Of a stretch of DNA of 28,551 nt, positions 17,737 to 27,700 are shown piece by piece. Numbering within the stretch: the first letter of the stretch is position 1; every line of letters begins with the position of its first letter. Below the pieces are notes generated by a model. It was not told the origin of the DNA, made no database searches, and saw only the letters and a program-made list of their open reading frames with translations. This DNA comes from an uncultured Mycoplasmatota bacterium (GTDB lineage Bacteria > Bacillota_I > Bacilli_A > RF39 > UBA660), in assembly GCA_946499755.1 (NCBI GenBank), contig CAMMTE010000001.1, forward strand, positions 1 to 28,551. The letters run 5' to 3'. Made by a program: the position numbers and the translations under genes.

Positions 17737-18594
17737 CTAGATTGGATTAACGTGTATTACTGTTAAATATATTTCATCAAATTGTTCTAGTTCACGTTCT
17801 ATTTTATTAGCAATATCGTGAGAAGCATATGTAGACATATTACCATCAACAAAGATTGTAAATGATATTTGATATTTATAACCTACTGGGGTGGCATTAA
17901 AATGATTTATCTTCTTTACTTCACTATATTTTTTTACAACATTTAAAACTTTTTCTTTGGTAATGTCATCTATTGATTTATCCATTAAAACATCATAACT
18001 TTCTTTAAATATTTTAATACCACTAACTAATATCCATAAGGAAATTAAGACTCCTACTACTCCATCGATAAAATAGATACCTATATTAGTTAGAAATATT
18101 GATATAAGGTTAATCATCGTAATAATAGCATCATATAAATGATCTTTAGAGTTAGCTTTTAATAATAGACTATTTAAACTCTTAGATAGTTTATTAGTGT
18201 ATATAAATAGTGATATTTTAACTACGATAGTAATAATGCAGACTATTATTAACATATATGAAAATGTATAATTACTTCTATTAAATATAGATTCAAATGA
18301 ATCTTTAAATAAAGTAAGTGCTACTAGTATTATAACAATACTAATTAATAGTGAATAAATATATTCTGCTTTACCGTGACCTAAGTTATGATCATCATCT
18401 TTCGGTTTACTTGCTATTTTATTACCTATTAAAGTCATTAGGGATGAGAAGATATCACCTAAACTATTAATTGCATCTGCTATCATCGCTTGACTTGAAG
18501 TTATAAATGCTGCGATGAATTTAATTATAAAAAGAAATAGATTAAAAAATATTCCTAAAAAACTAGCTATTTTAGTTGCTTTAAATCTTTTCAT
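17737..18594 (-). CDS. Cation diffusion facilitator (FieF-like) transporter
   Basis: AMIADAINSLGD, HNLGHGKAE, DHLYD and C-terminal SHDIA..VIHVNP motifs. Confidence 0.9.
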   Translation of the reverse strand: MKRFKATKIASFLGIFFNLFLFIIKFIAAFITSSQAMIADAINSLGDIFSSLMTLIGNKIASKPKDDDHNLGHGKAEYIYSLLISIVIILVALTLFKDSFESIFNRSNYTFSYMLIIVCIITIVVKISLFIYTNKLSKSLNSLLLKANSKDHLYDAIITMINLISIFLTNIGIYFIDGVVGVLISLWILVSGIKIFKESYDVLMDKSIDDITKEKVLNVVKKYSEVKKINHFNATPVGYKYQISFTIFVDGNMSTYASHDIANKIERELEQFDEIYLTVIHVNPI

Positions 18595-18595
18595 A

Positions 18596-19834
18596 CTATC
18601 TAACTTGCCCTTCTCCTTTAATAATATATTTATAAGTAGTTAATTCATCAAGTCCCATTGGGCCTCTTGCGTGTAATTTCTGAGTAGATATACCAATCTC
18701 TGCACCAAAACCAAAGCATTCTCCATCAGTAAATCTTGTAGAAGCATTAACATAGACACAAGATGAATCAACTAAGTCAGTAAACTTAGTAGCAGTCGTA
18801 TAATTTTCAGTAATAATCGCTTCTGAGTGTTTAGTACTATATTTATTAATATGATTAATCGCTTCATCTACATTATCTACGGTTTTAATAGAAATAATTA
18901 AATCTAAATATTCTTTAGCATAATCTTCTTCTATAGCTTCTTTTATATAATTAGAATATTTTCTAGACGTTTCATCTCCTCTTATTTCAACATTATGTTT
19001 TTTTAATACTTCTACTAATTTAGGAATAAACTCTTTACAAATATCTTTATTTATAACTAATGATTCACAGGCATTACATACTCCTACTCTAGAGGTTTTA
19101 GCATTTTCTATTATTTTTAATGCCATATCAAAGTTAGCATCTTTATCTACATAAATATGACAATTACCAGTACCTGTTTCAATTACAGGAATAGTACTAT
19201 TATTTACAACACTTTTAATTAAAGAAGCACCTCCTCTTGGTATTAAAACATCTACATAACGATTTAATTTCATAAATTCTAAAGTAGTTTCTCGTTTTAC
19301 ATCTTCTATTAAAGCGATAATATTTTCATCTAAATTATTTTTCTTTAAAACATCTTTTATTGTTTTTACAAGAATAATATTAGAATTTATCGCATCACTT
19401 CCACCTTTTAATATTGTAGCATTATTAGTTTTAAAACATAAACTAAAGACATCTACTGTTACATTAGGACGTGATTCATAAATTACTCCTACTACCCCTA
19501 AAGGTACACATACTTTATATAGATTTAGTCCATTAGATAATCTTTTACCATAATATGTTTTACCTATAGGTGTAGGTAATTTAACTATTTTCTCTAAAGC
19601 TTTAGCCATATTATCTATTCTATCATTAGTTAGTCTTAAACGATCTATTAATGATTCTTTCATTCCTTTTTCTTTAACAGTTTTTATATCTATATCATTA
19701 GCTTCTATTATTTCTTTTTTATTATCTAATAAAGCTTTACTTAGATCTAAAAGTGTTTTATCTTTTAGATTCTCATCTATATTAACTATACTTTTACTAG
19801 CTTCTTTTACTTTACTTCCAATTTCCTCTAACAT
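18596..19834 (-). CDS. proA: Gamma-glutamyl phosphate reductase
   Basis: VPLGVVGVIYESRPNVT, LKGGSDA, TGTGNCHIY, CNACES, NASTRFTDG and EIGISTQKLHARGPMGL motifs. Confidence 0.97.
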   Translation of the reverse strand: MLEEIGSKVKEASKSIVNIDENLKDKTLLDLSKALLDNKKEIIEANDIDIKTVKEKGMKESLIDRLRLTNDRIDNMAKALEKIVKLPTPIGKTYYGKRLSNGLNLYKVCVPLGVVGVIYESRPNVTVDVFSLCFKTNNATILKGGSDAINSNIILVKTIKDVLKKNNLDENIIALIEDVKRETTLEFMKLNRYVDVLIPRGGASLIKSVVNNSTIPVIETGTGNCHIYVDKDANFDMALKIIENAKTSRVGVCNACESLVINKDICKEFIPKLVEVLKKHNVEIRGDETSRKYSNYIKEAIEEDYAKEYLDLIISIKTVDNVDEAINHINKYSTKHSEAIITENYTTATKFTDLVDSSCVYVNASTRFTDGECFGFGAEIGISTQKLHARGPMGLDELTTYKYIIKGEGQVR

Positions 19835-19843
19835 AATTTTCTC

Positions 19844-20686
19844 CTATTTTAAATATTTTTCTAATTTAAAGTTTTCTCGTTTCTTTGCAACAAATAAGGT
19901 TCCACTTCTTTTACCATTAACTATTCTTAAAACATTATTAAGTCTATTACTATTAGTAACAACCATATCAATACCAGCATCATTAACTATTTCTGAGGCT
20001 TTTATTTTTGTATACATTCCACCTGTTCCAACATCACTTGTCGTATTAGTAGCGATCTTATATAGTTTTGGCTTCTTACCTACAACAGTATCTATTAATT
20101 TAGCATTTTTATTAAGATGAGGATCTTCTGTATAAAGGCCATCTATATCTGTTAAAATGATTAATAGTTCTGCTTTAGCTAGAACAGAAATAATTGCTGA
20201 TAAGGTATCATTGTCACCAAATACTATTTCTTCTGGTGAGACAGTATCATTTTCATTAGCGATAGGAACTGTATCTAATTTTAATAAGGCTTCAATAGTG
20301 TTAGATATATTTTCACAACAATGATCCATTTGTAAACCAATTTTAGTTATTAATATTTGTGCTGTTTTTTCATTATATTCTTTAAATATTTTGCCATATA
20401 TAGTCATCAAAGTACTTTGCCCTATAGCAGCGCAAGCTTGTTTTTCGTCTAAAGTTAAGGGTTTCTTTTTTATTTTAAGTTCTTTTCTTCCAATAGCAAC
20501 TGCACCTGATGAGACTAATATTACTTCTTTACCCATATTTTTTAAATCACAAATTAGTCTTGTTAATTTTTCTATTTTATTATAATTAATTGCTCCAGTA
20601 TTTTTATGTATTAAAGATGATGAACCTATTTTTATAACAATTCTTTTTTTATTTTTAAGAGAAAACCAATAATCTATATGTTTCAT
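19844..20686 (-). CDS. proB: Glutamate 5-kinase (short form, no PUA domain)
   Basis: IKIGSSSL, LVSSGAVAIG, AAIGQ, NENDTV, GDNDTLSA and GTGGMYTKI motifs. Confidence 0.96.
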   Translation of the reverse strand: MKHIDYWFSLKNKKRIVIKIGSSSLIHKNTGAINYNKIEKLTRLICDLKNMGKEVILVSSGAVAIGRKELKIKKKPLTLDEKQACAAIGQSTLMTIYGKIFKEYNEKTAQILITKIGLQMDHCCENISNTIEALLKLDTVPIANENDTVSPEEIVFGDNDTLSAIISVLAKAELLIILTDIDGLYTEDPHLNKNAKLIDTVVGKKPKLYKIATNTTSDVGTGGMYTKIKASEIVNDAGIDMVVTNSNRLNNVLRIVNGKRSGTLFVAKKRENFKLEKYLK

Positions 20687-20711
20687 ATTATCTCCTCTTA
20701 TAATTATTAAT

Positions 20712-21512
20712 TTATTTTTTACCTAATTCTCTACTTCTTTTAGTTGCTTTCTTTACAGCTTCCATTAGAGCATAACGAAAGTTATTCTCTTCTAAAGCTT
20801 TAACTCCTTCGATAGTAGTACCTGCGGGGGATGTAACCATATCTTTTAATTCTCCAGGATGAATATGTAAGTCTCTTACCATTTTAGCACTACCAAGTAT
20901 GGCTTGAGAGATGAATTTATAGGCTTTATCACGAGAAAGCCCCTCTTTAACAGCAGCATCTGCCATAGCTTCTATCATTATAAAAACATATGCAGGAGAT
21001 GAACCACTTATACCTGTTACAACATCCATTAAAGATTCATCAATAAGTTCTGATTTACCAAAACTATTTAAAATAGCTTGTACTGCTTCTAAATCTTTAT
21101 CTGTAATATTTTTATTAATACTAAATCCTGACATTGCTTCATTTACTAAAGCTGGAGTATTAGGCATTACTCTTACTATTTTTTTATCACTTTCTAAAGA
21201 GTTTTCTATAGTATTTATAGTAATACCTGCCATTATACTAATAATTACTTCATTAGTTACATAATCTTTTATTTCTTTAAAGATATCTCTACTTACATTA
21301 GGTTTAACTGCTAATATTAAAATATCTATATTATTTATTAAATCTTTAATTATCGGGGAAACATTAATACCTAATTCTTCTTTTAATTTAGTAGTCTTGG
21401 TACTATCTTTATCATAAACATAAATATTAGTACTATCAGTTAAATTATTATTAACTATTCCTTTAATAATAGCGCTTCCCATATTTCCACTACCAATTAT
21501 TCCAATTTTCAT
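20712..21512 (-). CDS. proC: Pyrroline-5-carboxylate reductase
   Basis: IGSGNMG, LAVKP, RVMPNTP, SGSSPAY and VTSPAGTTI motifs. Confidence 0.97.
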   Translation of the reverse strand: MKIGIIGSGNMGSAIIKGIVNNNLTDSTNIYVYDKDSTKTTKLKEELGINVSPIIKDLINNIDILILAVKPNVSRDIFKEIKDYVTNEVIISIMAGITINTIENSLESDKKIVRVMPNTPALVNEAMSGFSINKNITDKDLEAVQAILNSFGKSELIDESLMDVVTGISGSSPAYVFIMIEAMADAAVKEGLSRDKAYKFISQAILGSAKMVRDLHIHPGELKDMVTSPAGTTIEGVKALEENNFRYALMEAVKKATKRSRELGKK

Positions 21513-21570
21513 AATGTTTCCTCCTCTTTTTGAAAATTTACTATAATTATACAGGAAATTAATTTAAATG

Positions 21571-21597
21571 AAAAGAAGAAACTATAAATTAGTTTCT
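21571..21597 (-). terminator. Probable terminator between the orphan paralog and proC
   Basis: AGAAACTA-5 nt-TAGTTTCT stem followed by TCTTTT. Confidence 0.6.
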
Positions 21598-21644
21598 AAA
21601 TTATGTTTTATATTTAATTTTAACAATTATTAAAACTTCCAACA

Positions 21645-22208
21645 TTACCAAAGTGACATTTTCTTGGTTCTATCTTCTTTTCTTTCATCACTTGTTTCTT
21701 TATTTCTAATATCTTCTAAGGCAACTTTAAAATATTTAGCGGCAAGTTCATCATCAATATCAGGTTTAGCTTCTTTTATTTTAGAATATATAGATATTGC
21801 TAAATCTAAATTGCAAGTAAGTTCAGTATCTATGCCTTTTTCAATACCAAAACTCAATCCTTGTAAATAACTAAGCATTATCTTTTGATCCTCAGAAAGA
21901 GTACTGATATCTCTATCCCTAACATTTTCATTCAATCCGCATTTCATACATCCTTTTCTTCTATAAGTATGGCCACCATAATCTTCACTAACTGTTTCAG
22001 TATATACTAAAATATGGTCACACGAATCAAATTGTTCTATTCGTAGTTTTCGATATAAATCGTTCTCTTCCTTATAAATTTTTTCACGTTGTTCTTGTAA
22101 AGTAAGATATCTCTTAACTACTTCGCTTTCTTCTAAAGCTTGCAACTCTTTACTAATATTTTTTCTTTTTCCTTGTACTTCTTTTAATTCTTCCTCTAAT
22201 TCACTCAT
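21645..22208 (-). CDS. Hypothetical protein, coiled-coil plus CxH..CxxC putative Zn site (paralog A)
   Basis: SD GGGAGGG and extended -10 promoter. Motif CDH..CMKCG. Similar to 22337-22927. Confidence 0.7.
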   Translation of the reverse strand: MSELEEELKEVQGKRKNISKELQALEESEVVKRYLTLQEQREKIYKEENDLYRKLRIEQFDSCDHILVYTETVSEDYGGHTYRRKGCMKCGLNENVRDRDISTLSEDQKIMLSYLQGLSFGIEKGIDTELTCNLDLAISIYSKIKEAKPDIDDELAAKYFKVALEDIRNKETSDERKEDRTKKMSLW

Positions 22209-22336
22209 ATATAACCCTCCCTTGTATTCATTGTACCATATATTGGTTTATAATGCTAGGGTAAATTAATTTGAGCTTTTGTTGTTATAAAAAAACATTA
22301 ATAATTTTAATCGTTTTCTCAATATATAATTACATA

Positions 22337-22927
22337 TTAATTCCACCTATTAAAATCTCTTCTTAAACCTAATCTTTTCGCTCTACTCTTCTTTCTTTCA
22401 TCACTTACTTCTATATTTCTAATATCATCTAATGCTATCTCAAAATACTTAATAACTGTTTTATCATCAATATCAGGATGATATTCTCTAATCTTTTTAT
22501 AAAGAGCCATAGCAAGTTCTCTATCACAGACTATATTTATATCAGAATCATCATTATAATCATGCTCTTCTAAAACAGATGCCATAACTCTCTCATCAAA
22601 AGAAAAACTGTCTTCTTTTCCTCTATTAGATAATTTCATGGTTTTATCATTTATACCACATTTAACACAAAAACAATCATATTCACCATATTCATTCATA
22701 GAAAGACCCCATAAGTGCTCACAGTTTTCATACTCACCATATTTCATTAATCTATATAGGTTTTTCCTTTTAGTAGCTAATTCGCTTTTCTTTTTTTGTA
22801 GTCCTAAATATTTTTTTACTATCGGAACCTCTTCTAATCCCCATATTTCTTGTTCTATTTTTTTATATTCATTATCTATATCACTAAAGTCATCCCTTAT
22901 ACATTCCAAATCTTTTTTACTAATCAT
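22337..22927 (-). CDS. Hypothetical protein, coiled-coil plus CxH..CxxC putative Zn site (paralog B)
   Basis: SD GGAGG. Motif CEH..CVKCG. C-terminal 55 aa are 30/55 identical to paralog A. Confidence 0.7.
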   Translation of the reverse strand: MISKKDLECIRDDFSDIDNEYKKIEQEIWGLEEVPIVKKYLGLQKKKSELATKRKNLYRLMKYGEYENCEHLWGLSMNEYGEYDCFCVKCGINDKTMKLSNRGKEDSFSFDERVMASVLEEHDYNDDSDINIVCDRELAMALYKKIREYHPDIDDKTVIKYFEIALDDIRNIEVSDERKKSRAKRLGLRRDFNRWN

Positions 22928-23022
22928 AACAATACCTCCAAGTAAGTATATTGTATCATATCTTTATGGTTTTTTTAAACAAAATAAAAACCCTTATAAA
23001 ATAAGGATTATATACAGAAGCT

Positions 23023-23032
23023 GTGCGGGTAA
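23023..23032 (-). repeat. 10-bp direct repeat of the tRNA-Leu 3' end (att-like remnant)
   Basis: TTACCCGCAC on the minus strand matches 24052-24043. Confidence 0.4.
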
Positions 23033-23057
23033 ATTGTAGAAAATTTCTTTTATATAT

Positions 23058-23897
23058 TCAATTACTATTTTTTCTCTTATCTACATAATTTAATTTCTTT
23101 TGAAGACTTTCATATTCTTTTTTATCATTAGATGTATCAAACCATTCTTTACATATTCTTGATATATTGTAATTTAATGTATCATTAGAATTAGCATAAT
23201 AAAATATAGCATTTATATCATCTTTCAAGTCATTTATTAATTTTTTCATATCATTAATAACATTTTTCTTAGTAAATTTTTTTCTTAATAGTTCACCAAA
23301 TAATTGATAATTATTAATAATAAATTGAGATAAATTATTGCTATAATCATTAATATCAATATCTAAAATTGATAATTCTTCATATTCTTCTTTTTCAAAC
23401 TCTTGATTATCCATAATTTCTTCTGATTCTTGTTTTAATATAACAATATTCTTTGTCTCTACCATTTCTTTTATCTCATCTTTTGTATATATTTTATTAT
23501 AATCATATTTTACATCACTTGTCGCTACTACATTATAATAAACTTGATAAAGTTGTTGCCACCAACTAAAGTTATTACCATGTCCTTCTTGTTTTGTATC
23601 ATAAAAAGTAAGAGTAGTAGGAATTCTATAAAAAAGAGTATATTCTTTATTATATCTTTTAGAAAGCATTTCTAAATAATCTTTATCATCAAGATAGATT
23701 TCATAAACTTTAGTCAATAATTCGTATAATTCTTTATCAGTTAACTTCTCAAAATCAGCTTCAACTATCTCTTTTATTGTTCTAATGTATTCTTTTACTT
23801 CCCTTTTAAATTCTTCAGCATTTTCTTCATCACTTGAACGTCCAAAATATGCATATGTGTCTTCTAATAATGACATTCTTTTTCTTTCACTCTTCAT
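23058..23897 (-). CDS. Hypothetical acidic protein
   Basis: 279-aa ORF with SD AGGAGG and a TG-n-TATAAT promoter. No recognisable motif. Confidence 0.7.
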   Translation of the reverse strand: MKSERKRMSLLEDTYAYFGRSSDEENAEEFKREVKEYIRTIKEIVEADFEKLTDKELYELLTKVYEIYLDDKDYLEMLSKRYNKEYTLFYRIPTTLTFYDTKQEGHGNNFSWWQQLYQVYYNVVATSDVKYDYNKIYTKDEIKEMVETKNIVILKQESEEIMDNQEFEKEEYEELSILDIDINDYSNNLSQFIINNYQLFGELLRKKFTKKNVINDMKKLINDLKDDINAIFYYANSNDTLNYNISRICKEWFDTSNDKKEYESLQKKLNYVDKRKNSN

Positions 23898-24007
23898 AAA
23901 AGCCTCCTGTTTGGTTTTATTATATCACCTATTTAAGAAATGTATATATTTTATATGAATTAATTTAATGAAAATAATTATTAATAGACAACAACTTTTT
24001 TAAATAC

Positions 24008-24028
24008 AAAAAAAGACCAACAAGGCCT
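24008..24028 (-). terminator. Probable terminator of the tRNA pair
   Basis: AGGCC-TTGTT-GGTCT stem (one G-U) followed by a U-run. Confidence 0.5.
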
Positions 24029-24040
24029 CTATTTCTATAG

Positions 24041-24124
24041 TGGTGCGGGTAACAGGAGTTGAACCTGCACGTCTAAGACACTAGATCCTAAGTCTAGCGC
24101 GTCTGCCAATTCCGCCATACCCGC
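24041..24124 (-). tRNA. tRNA-Leu (anticodon TAG), CCA encoded
   Basis: GCGGGTA/TACCCGC acceptor stem, CTAGA-CTTAGGA-TCTAG anticodon arm, long variable arm, GGTTCAA T-loop. Confidence 0.97.
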
Positions 24125-24131
24125 ATGATAA

Positions 24132-24208
24132 TGGTGGACCCTGATGGACTCGAACCATCGACCGTCCGGTTATGAGCCGGATGCTCTAACCAACTGAGCT
24201 AAGGGTCC
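24132..24208 (-). tRNA. tRNA with CAT anticodon, most likely tRNA-Ile2 (lysidine-modified)
   Basis: TCCGG-CTCATAA-CCGGA anticodon arm. The GGACC..GGTCCACCA acceptor and CTCATAA loop match the Bacillota Ile2 type rather than initiator or elongator Met. Confidence 0.88.
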
Positions 24209-24228
24209 AGATCAATCACTGCTATTTA

Positions 24229-24257
24229 ATATTAGCATAAATTCTAAACTTCTGCAA
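24229..24257 (-). promoter_or_regulatory. sigma-A promoter of the tRNA pair
   Basis: TTGCAG-17 nt-TAATAT with extended -10 TG. Confidence 0.65.
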
Positions 24258-24267
24258 GTCTTTTTGC

Positions 24268-24298
24268 AAAAAAAATAGTCATGCTTCTATGACTATTT
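24268..24298 (-). terminator. Intrinsic terminator overlapping the stop of the 24293 gene
   Basis: AAATAGTCAT-6 nt-ATGACTATTT stem plus U-tract. Confidence 0.75.
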
Positions 24299-24712
24299 GT
24301 TTAGCATATTTAATAAGTTGATTTTAAACATATCTTTTTCAGGATGAGTTTTAGAAATCATTACTCCTTTATAAGTAGATAATTCAGCCATATGACCTTC
24401 ATTTAAAATACCTTCTGGAGTAATATTTGTTAATAAAATAACATTCTTATCAAGATAAACTGTATAATGAACTCTTATTTCTCCATGAACTTTTGCAAAT
24501 AATGCATCAGTTGGTAATTTTAATTCATAATTAACAGTATTATTCTTTTTGTCTTCTCCTACTTTTTCTCCTAAAAAATGACCACGTCTTAATTCTGGAT
24601 AATATTCAAATGTTAGTTTTTTATAAGCTAACATATTATATTTTCTCACAGAACGTTCTCTTTTTCTAAAATCATTCTCATCTAAATACTCAAATATATA
24701 TGACTTCTCCAT
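24293..24712 (-). CDS. Hypothetical protein (139 aa)
   Basis: Start ATG 24712 after SD AAGGGGG. Has its own promoter and terminator. No recognised domain. Confidence 0.75.
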   Translation of the reverse strand: MEKSYIFEYLDENDFRKRERSVRKYNMLAYKKLTFEYYPELRRGHFLGEKVGEDKKNNTVNYELKLPTDALFAKVHGEIRVHYTVYLDKNVILLTNITPEGILNEGHMAELSTYKGVMISKTHPEKDMFKINLLNMLNK

Positions 24713-24759
24713 ATGTAAAACCCCCTTTATTAAAACCCCCATATCTTGAAGTTGCTTGT

Positions 24760-24788
24760 ATTATACTACAAAATTAGCAATTTGTCAA
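24760..24788 (-). promoter_or_regulatory. Perfect-consensus sigma-A promoter overlapping the addA stop codon
   Basis: TTGACA (24788-24783)-17 nt-TATAAT (24765-24760). Confidence 0.85.
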
Positions 24789-27700
24789 ATTTTCTCGAAA
24801 ACTTCATCTATTATCGAATATAAATAACAACTAGTTGGTAGATTTAATTTATTACTAATTACTTCTTTATAGCCATTAAGTTGGTCTATATAAGCTTTAT
24901 CTTTAGTATTTTTTAATTTGTAATCAATAATAATAGATTCTTTATCTCCTACTAATAATAAGTCTATTTTACCATGATAAGTTTTATTACTATTTTCATA
25001 AATAAATTCATATTCTTGATATTTTTTATAGTCTTTATATTGTCTCATAAAACTACTATTAAGAAACTTAGTAAGTTTATCTTTATAATAATTATCTTCT
25101 ATATAAGGTAACTTATTATTAGTAAAGTCAATTCTTTCAAATAAAGTATGAACAACTCTTCCTACTTCTAGAAGTTTCAACTCATTATTAGTTTTAATAT
25201 CATCGCTTTCTTTATGATATGTTTCTTTTTCTAAAACACTATTATCATAAATAGAAGGAATAATCTCTAACTCTTTAATATTATTATTTATTTTAGAATC
25301 TACCTTCTTAACTTCTAAGTAAGCTTTAGATATATCTTTAATATCAGTTATTTCTTTAGTTTTATTTTTAAATAGAGAGGCTACACTAATAACCATCTTA
25401 GCAAAGTTAGTATAGTTAAGTCTATCATAAGTACTAACAACACTACCTATTTCTTTATCATTTTCGATATTAGACATAACTATAATCATTTTCTCTCTGG
25501 CACGAGTTAAAGCGACATATAAAAGTCTAATCTTTTCACTAATATCTTTTTGTTTTAACTTCTCTAAGGAAAGAGTCTTAGTAATTAGTTTATTATTAGT
25601 ATCTACTTCATCTATAATGATACCGTAATCTTCATCAAATAAGACATTACTCTTATACTCATCTTTATTAAAGTCTTTATAAAATCCTGCAAAGTAACAG
25701 ATAGGATATTCTAGTCCTTTAGATTTATGAATAGTCATAATCTTAACACTATTACTATCTTCTTTACTAATAGCAAGCTTTATCTCTAACTTAAGATTAT
25801 TAATTTTTTCTAAGTAATCACATACATCAAGGATAGTAAAATTACTGTTTTCAAGATTTGTTATTAAGTTATAGAAGTATTCCATTCTACTTGAATTAAT
25901 CTCGACATTACCTATTAGAGTAAGTTTATCTAGATAATTTAGTTTATCTAAAACATTTTCTAAGTAAGTAACTGGTGTTAACAAATCAATATTTTCTAAT
26001 ATTTCCTTAAATAGTTTAAAGACACTTGTCTCTTTATAAGTATTATTAACTAAACACTGATAGATTTCATCATCTGTATAAGAGAAAAGAAAACTACGAG
26101 CGATGGAAGTGAAAGCTAGACTAAACTTAGTATCATAAGTGTTAGCAATAATAGATTTTGCTATAATAAAGAAGTTTTTTAATAAATATAAATCTGTACT
26201 ACCACTAGTCTTTTCATCTTCATACAAAGTAATAGGTAGTCCTAAATATTCAAAGACTTGTTTATAAGTAGTAAAATCAGTCGCTCTATCTAAAAGTATA
26301 ACAAAGTCCCAATACTCTATTTCTCTTAAAGTATCTTCATCTTTATCATAGACTAAGTACTTACTATTAACTTTTTCTTTAATATCATTTGCAATAATAA
26401 AGGCTTCTTTTTCTAGTTTACTAAACTCCTTATCTTTAGCATCATAAGTATATATCTCCAAGTAATTATTATTAGTAGTTTTGGCACTAGTCTCATAAGT
26501 CATATTACCAAAGACCATCGCGTGACCATTATTATAATCTGCTTCTCCTAAATAATCATCCATGATATGAGAAAAGAATAGATTAATATCTTCTAAGACT
26601 TCTCTTCTACTTCTAAAGTTCTTAGCAAGGTCTATTACTCTACCTCCAATACCTTTCTTATAGTTATCATACTTATCTTTAAAAATAGAAGGATTAGCAT
26701 TACGGAAACGATAAATAGACTGTTTAATATCGCCTACCATATAGACATTATCTTTACTAATATAACTAATAAAGGTCTCTTGGATATCATTAGTATCTTG
26801 ATATTCATCAATTAATATTTCTTTAAAACCATTCTTTACTTCTTCTCTAATCTCTAAATTATCACGGACAAGACTAATAGCAAGCTTCTCTATATCCATA
26901 AAAGTATAGTAGTTATTTTGCCTCTTATATAGAGTGAATCTCTTATCTAATTCTTTAACTAGTTCTAAAATACAAGAGATATATTCTTTAGTCTTAATAA
27001 TACTAACTTTAATATCATCAACACTTTCATATATAACTAAGTCTTTAAACTCTTTTAGTAATGCTGTTAAATTATCTCTAGTCTCTTTAGAATCACTATC
27101 TACACCTGTTCTTGCTCTAGGTAATGATGTAAAAATAGTTCTTCTTAACTCTTCATAAGTACTAGCATTTATAAAAGGTAAAAACGCCTCTTCTAACTGT
27201 TCTAAATATTTACTAGATGTTAAAGCCCTAACTTCTTCATATAGATTTATAATCTCATTCTTCTTAGTCTTAAGAAGTTCTAAATATTCATTTATATATT
27301 TATCTATTACTTCATCACTATAATATTTAGAGATATAAGTATTAATAAATTCCTCTTTATCTAATTTTAAATCTAAACTACTATCAAGTTCTAATATTCT
27401 TTTCTTAAGAGTTTTATCATCTTTAAGACAAAATTTAGTAATTAAATTAAGAAAATCATTAGGACATCTATCATAATAATCCGAAAATATCTCATCTAAT
27501 ATTTCTTTTTTAGCAAGTTCTAAGACACTAGATTCGGCAATTGTTATATTACTTGATAAGTGAATAGTATCAGCATATTTTTTAACTAAAGCAAGGGAAT
27601 AAGCATCAAAGGTGGTGATATAACTACTATCAAGTAAATCTAACTCATCTAATATTTCATTTTCTTTAAGTTTTTTTCTAACCCGCTCTTTCATTTCAAG

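Noticed and set aside
21512-21645. Possible proline T-box upstream of proC
   Set aside because: No TGGNACC bulge or stem I motifs; only a terminator and a TATAAT promoter fit.
22259-22267. GGGTAAATT resembling the sequence at 23027-23035
   Set aside because: Short, mostly AT, and only 6 nt match the tRNA end; expected by chance.
6222-27158. Short plus-strand ORFs at 6222, 7964, 20391, 21664, 22638 and 26934
   Set aside because: All are antisense to well-supported genes and have the biased L/Y/F/S composition of shadow frames.
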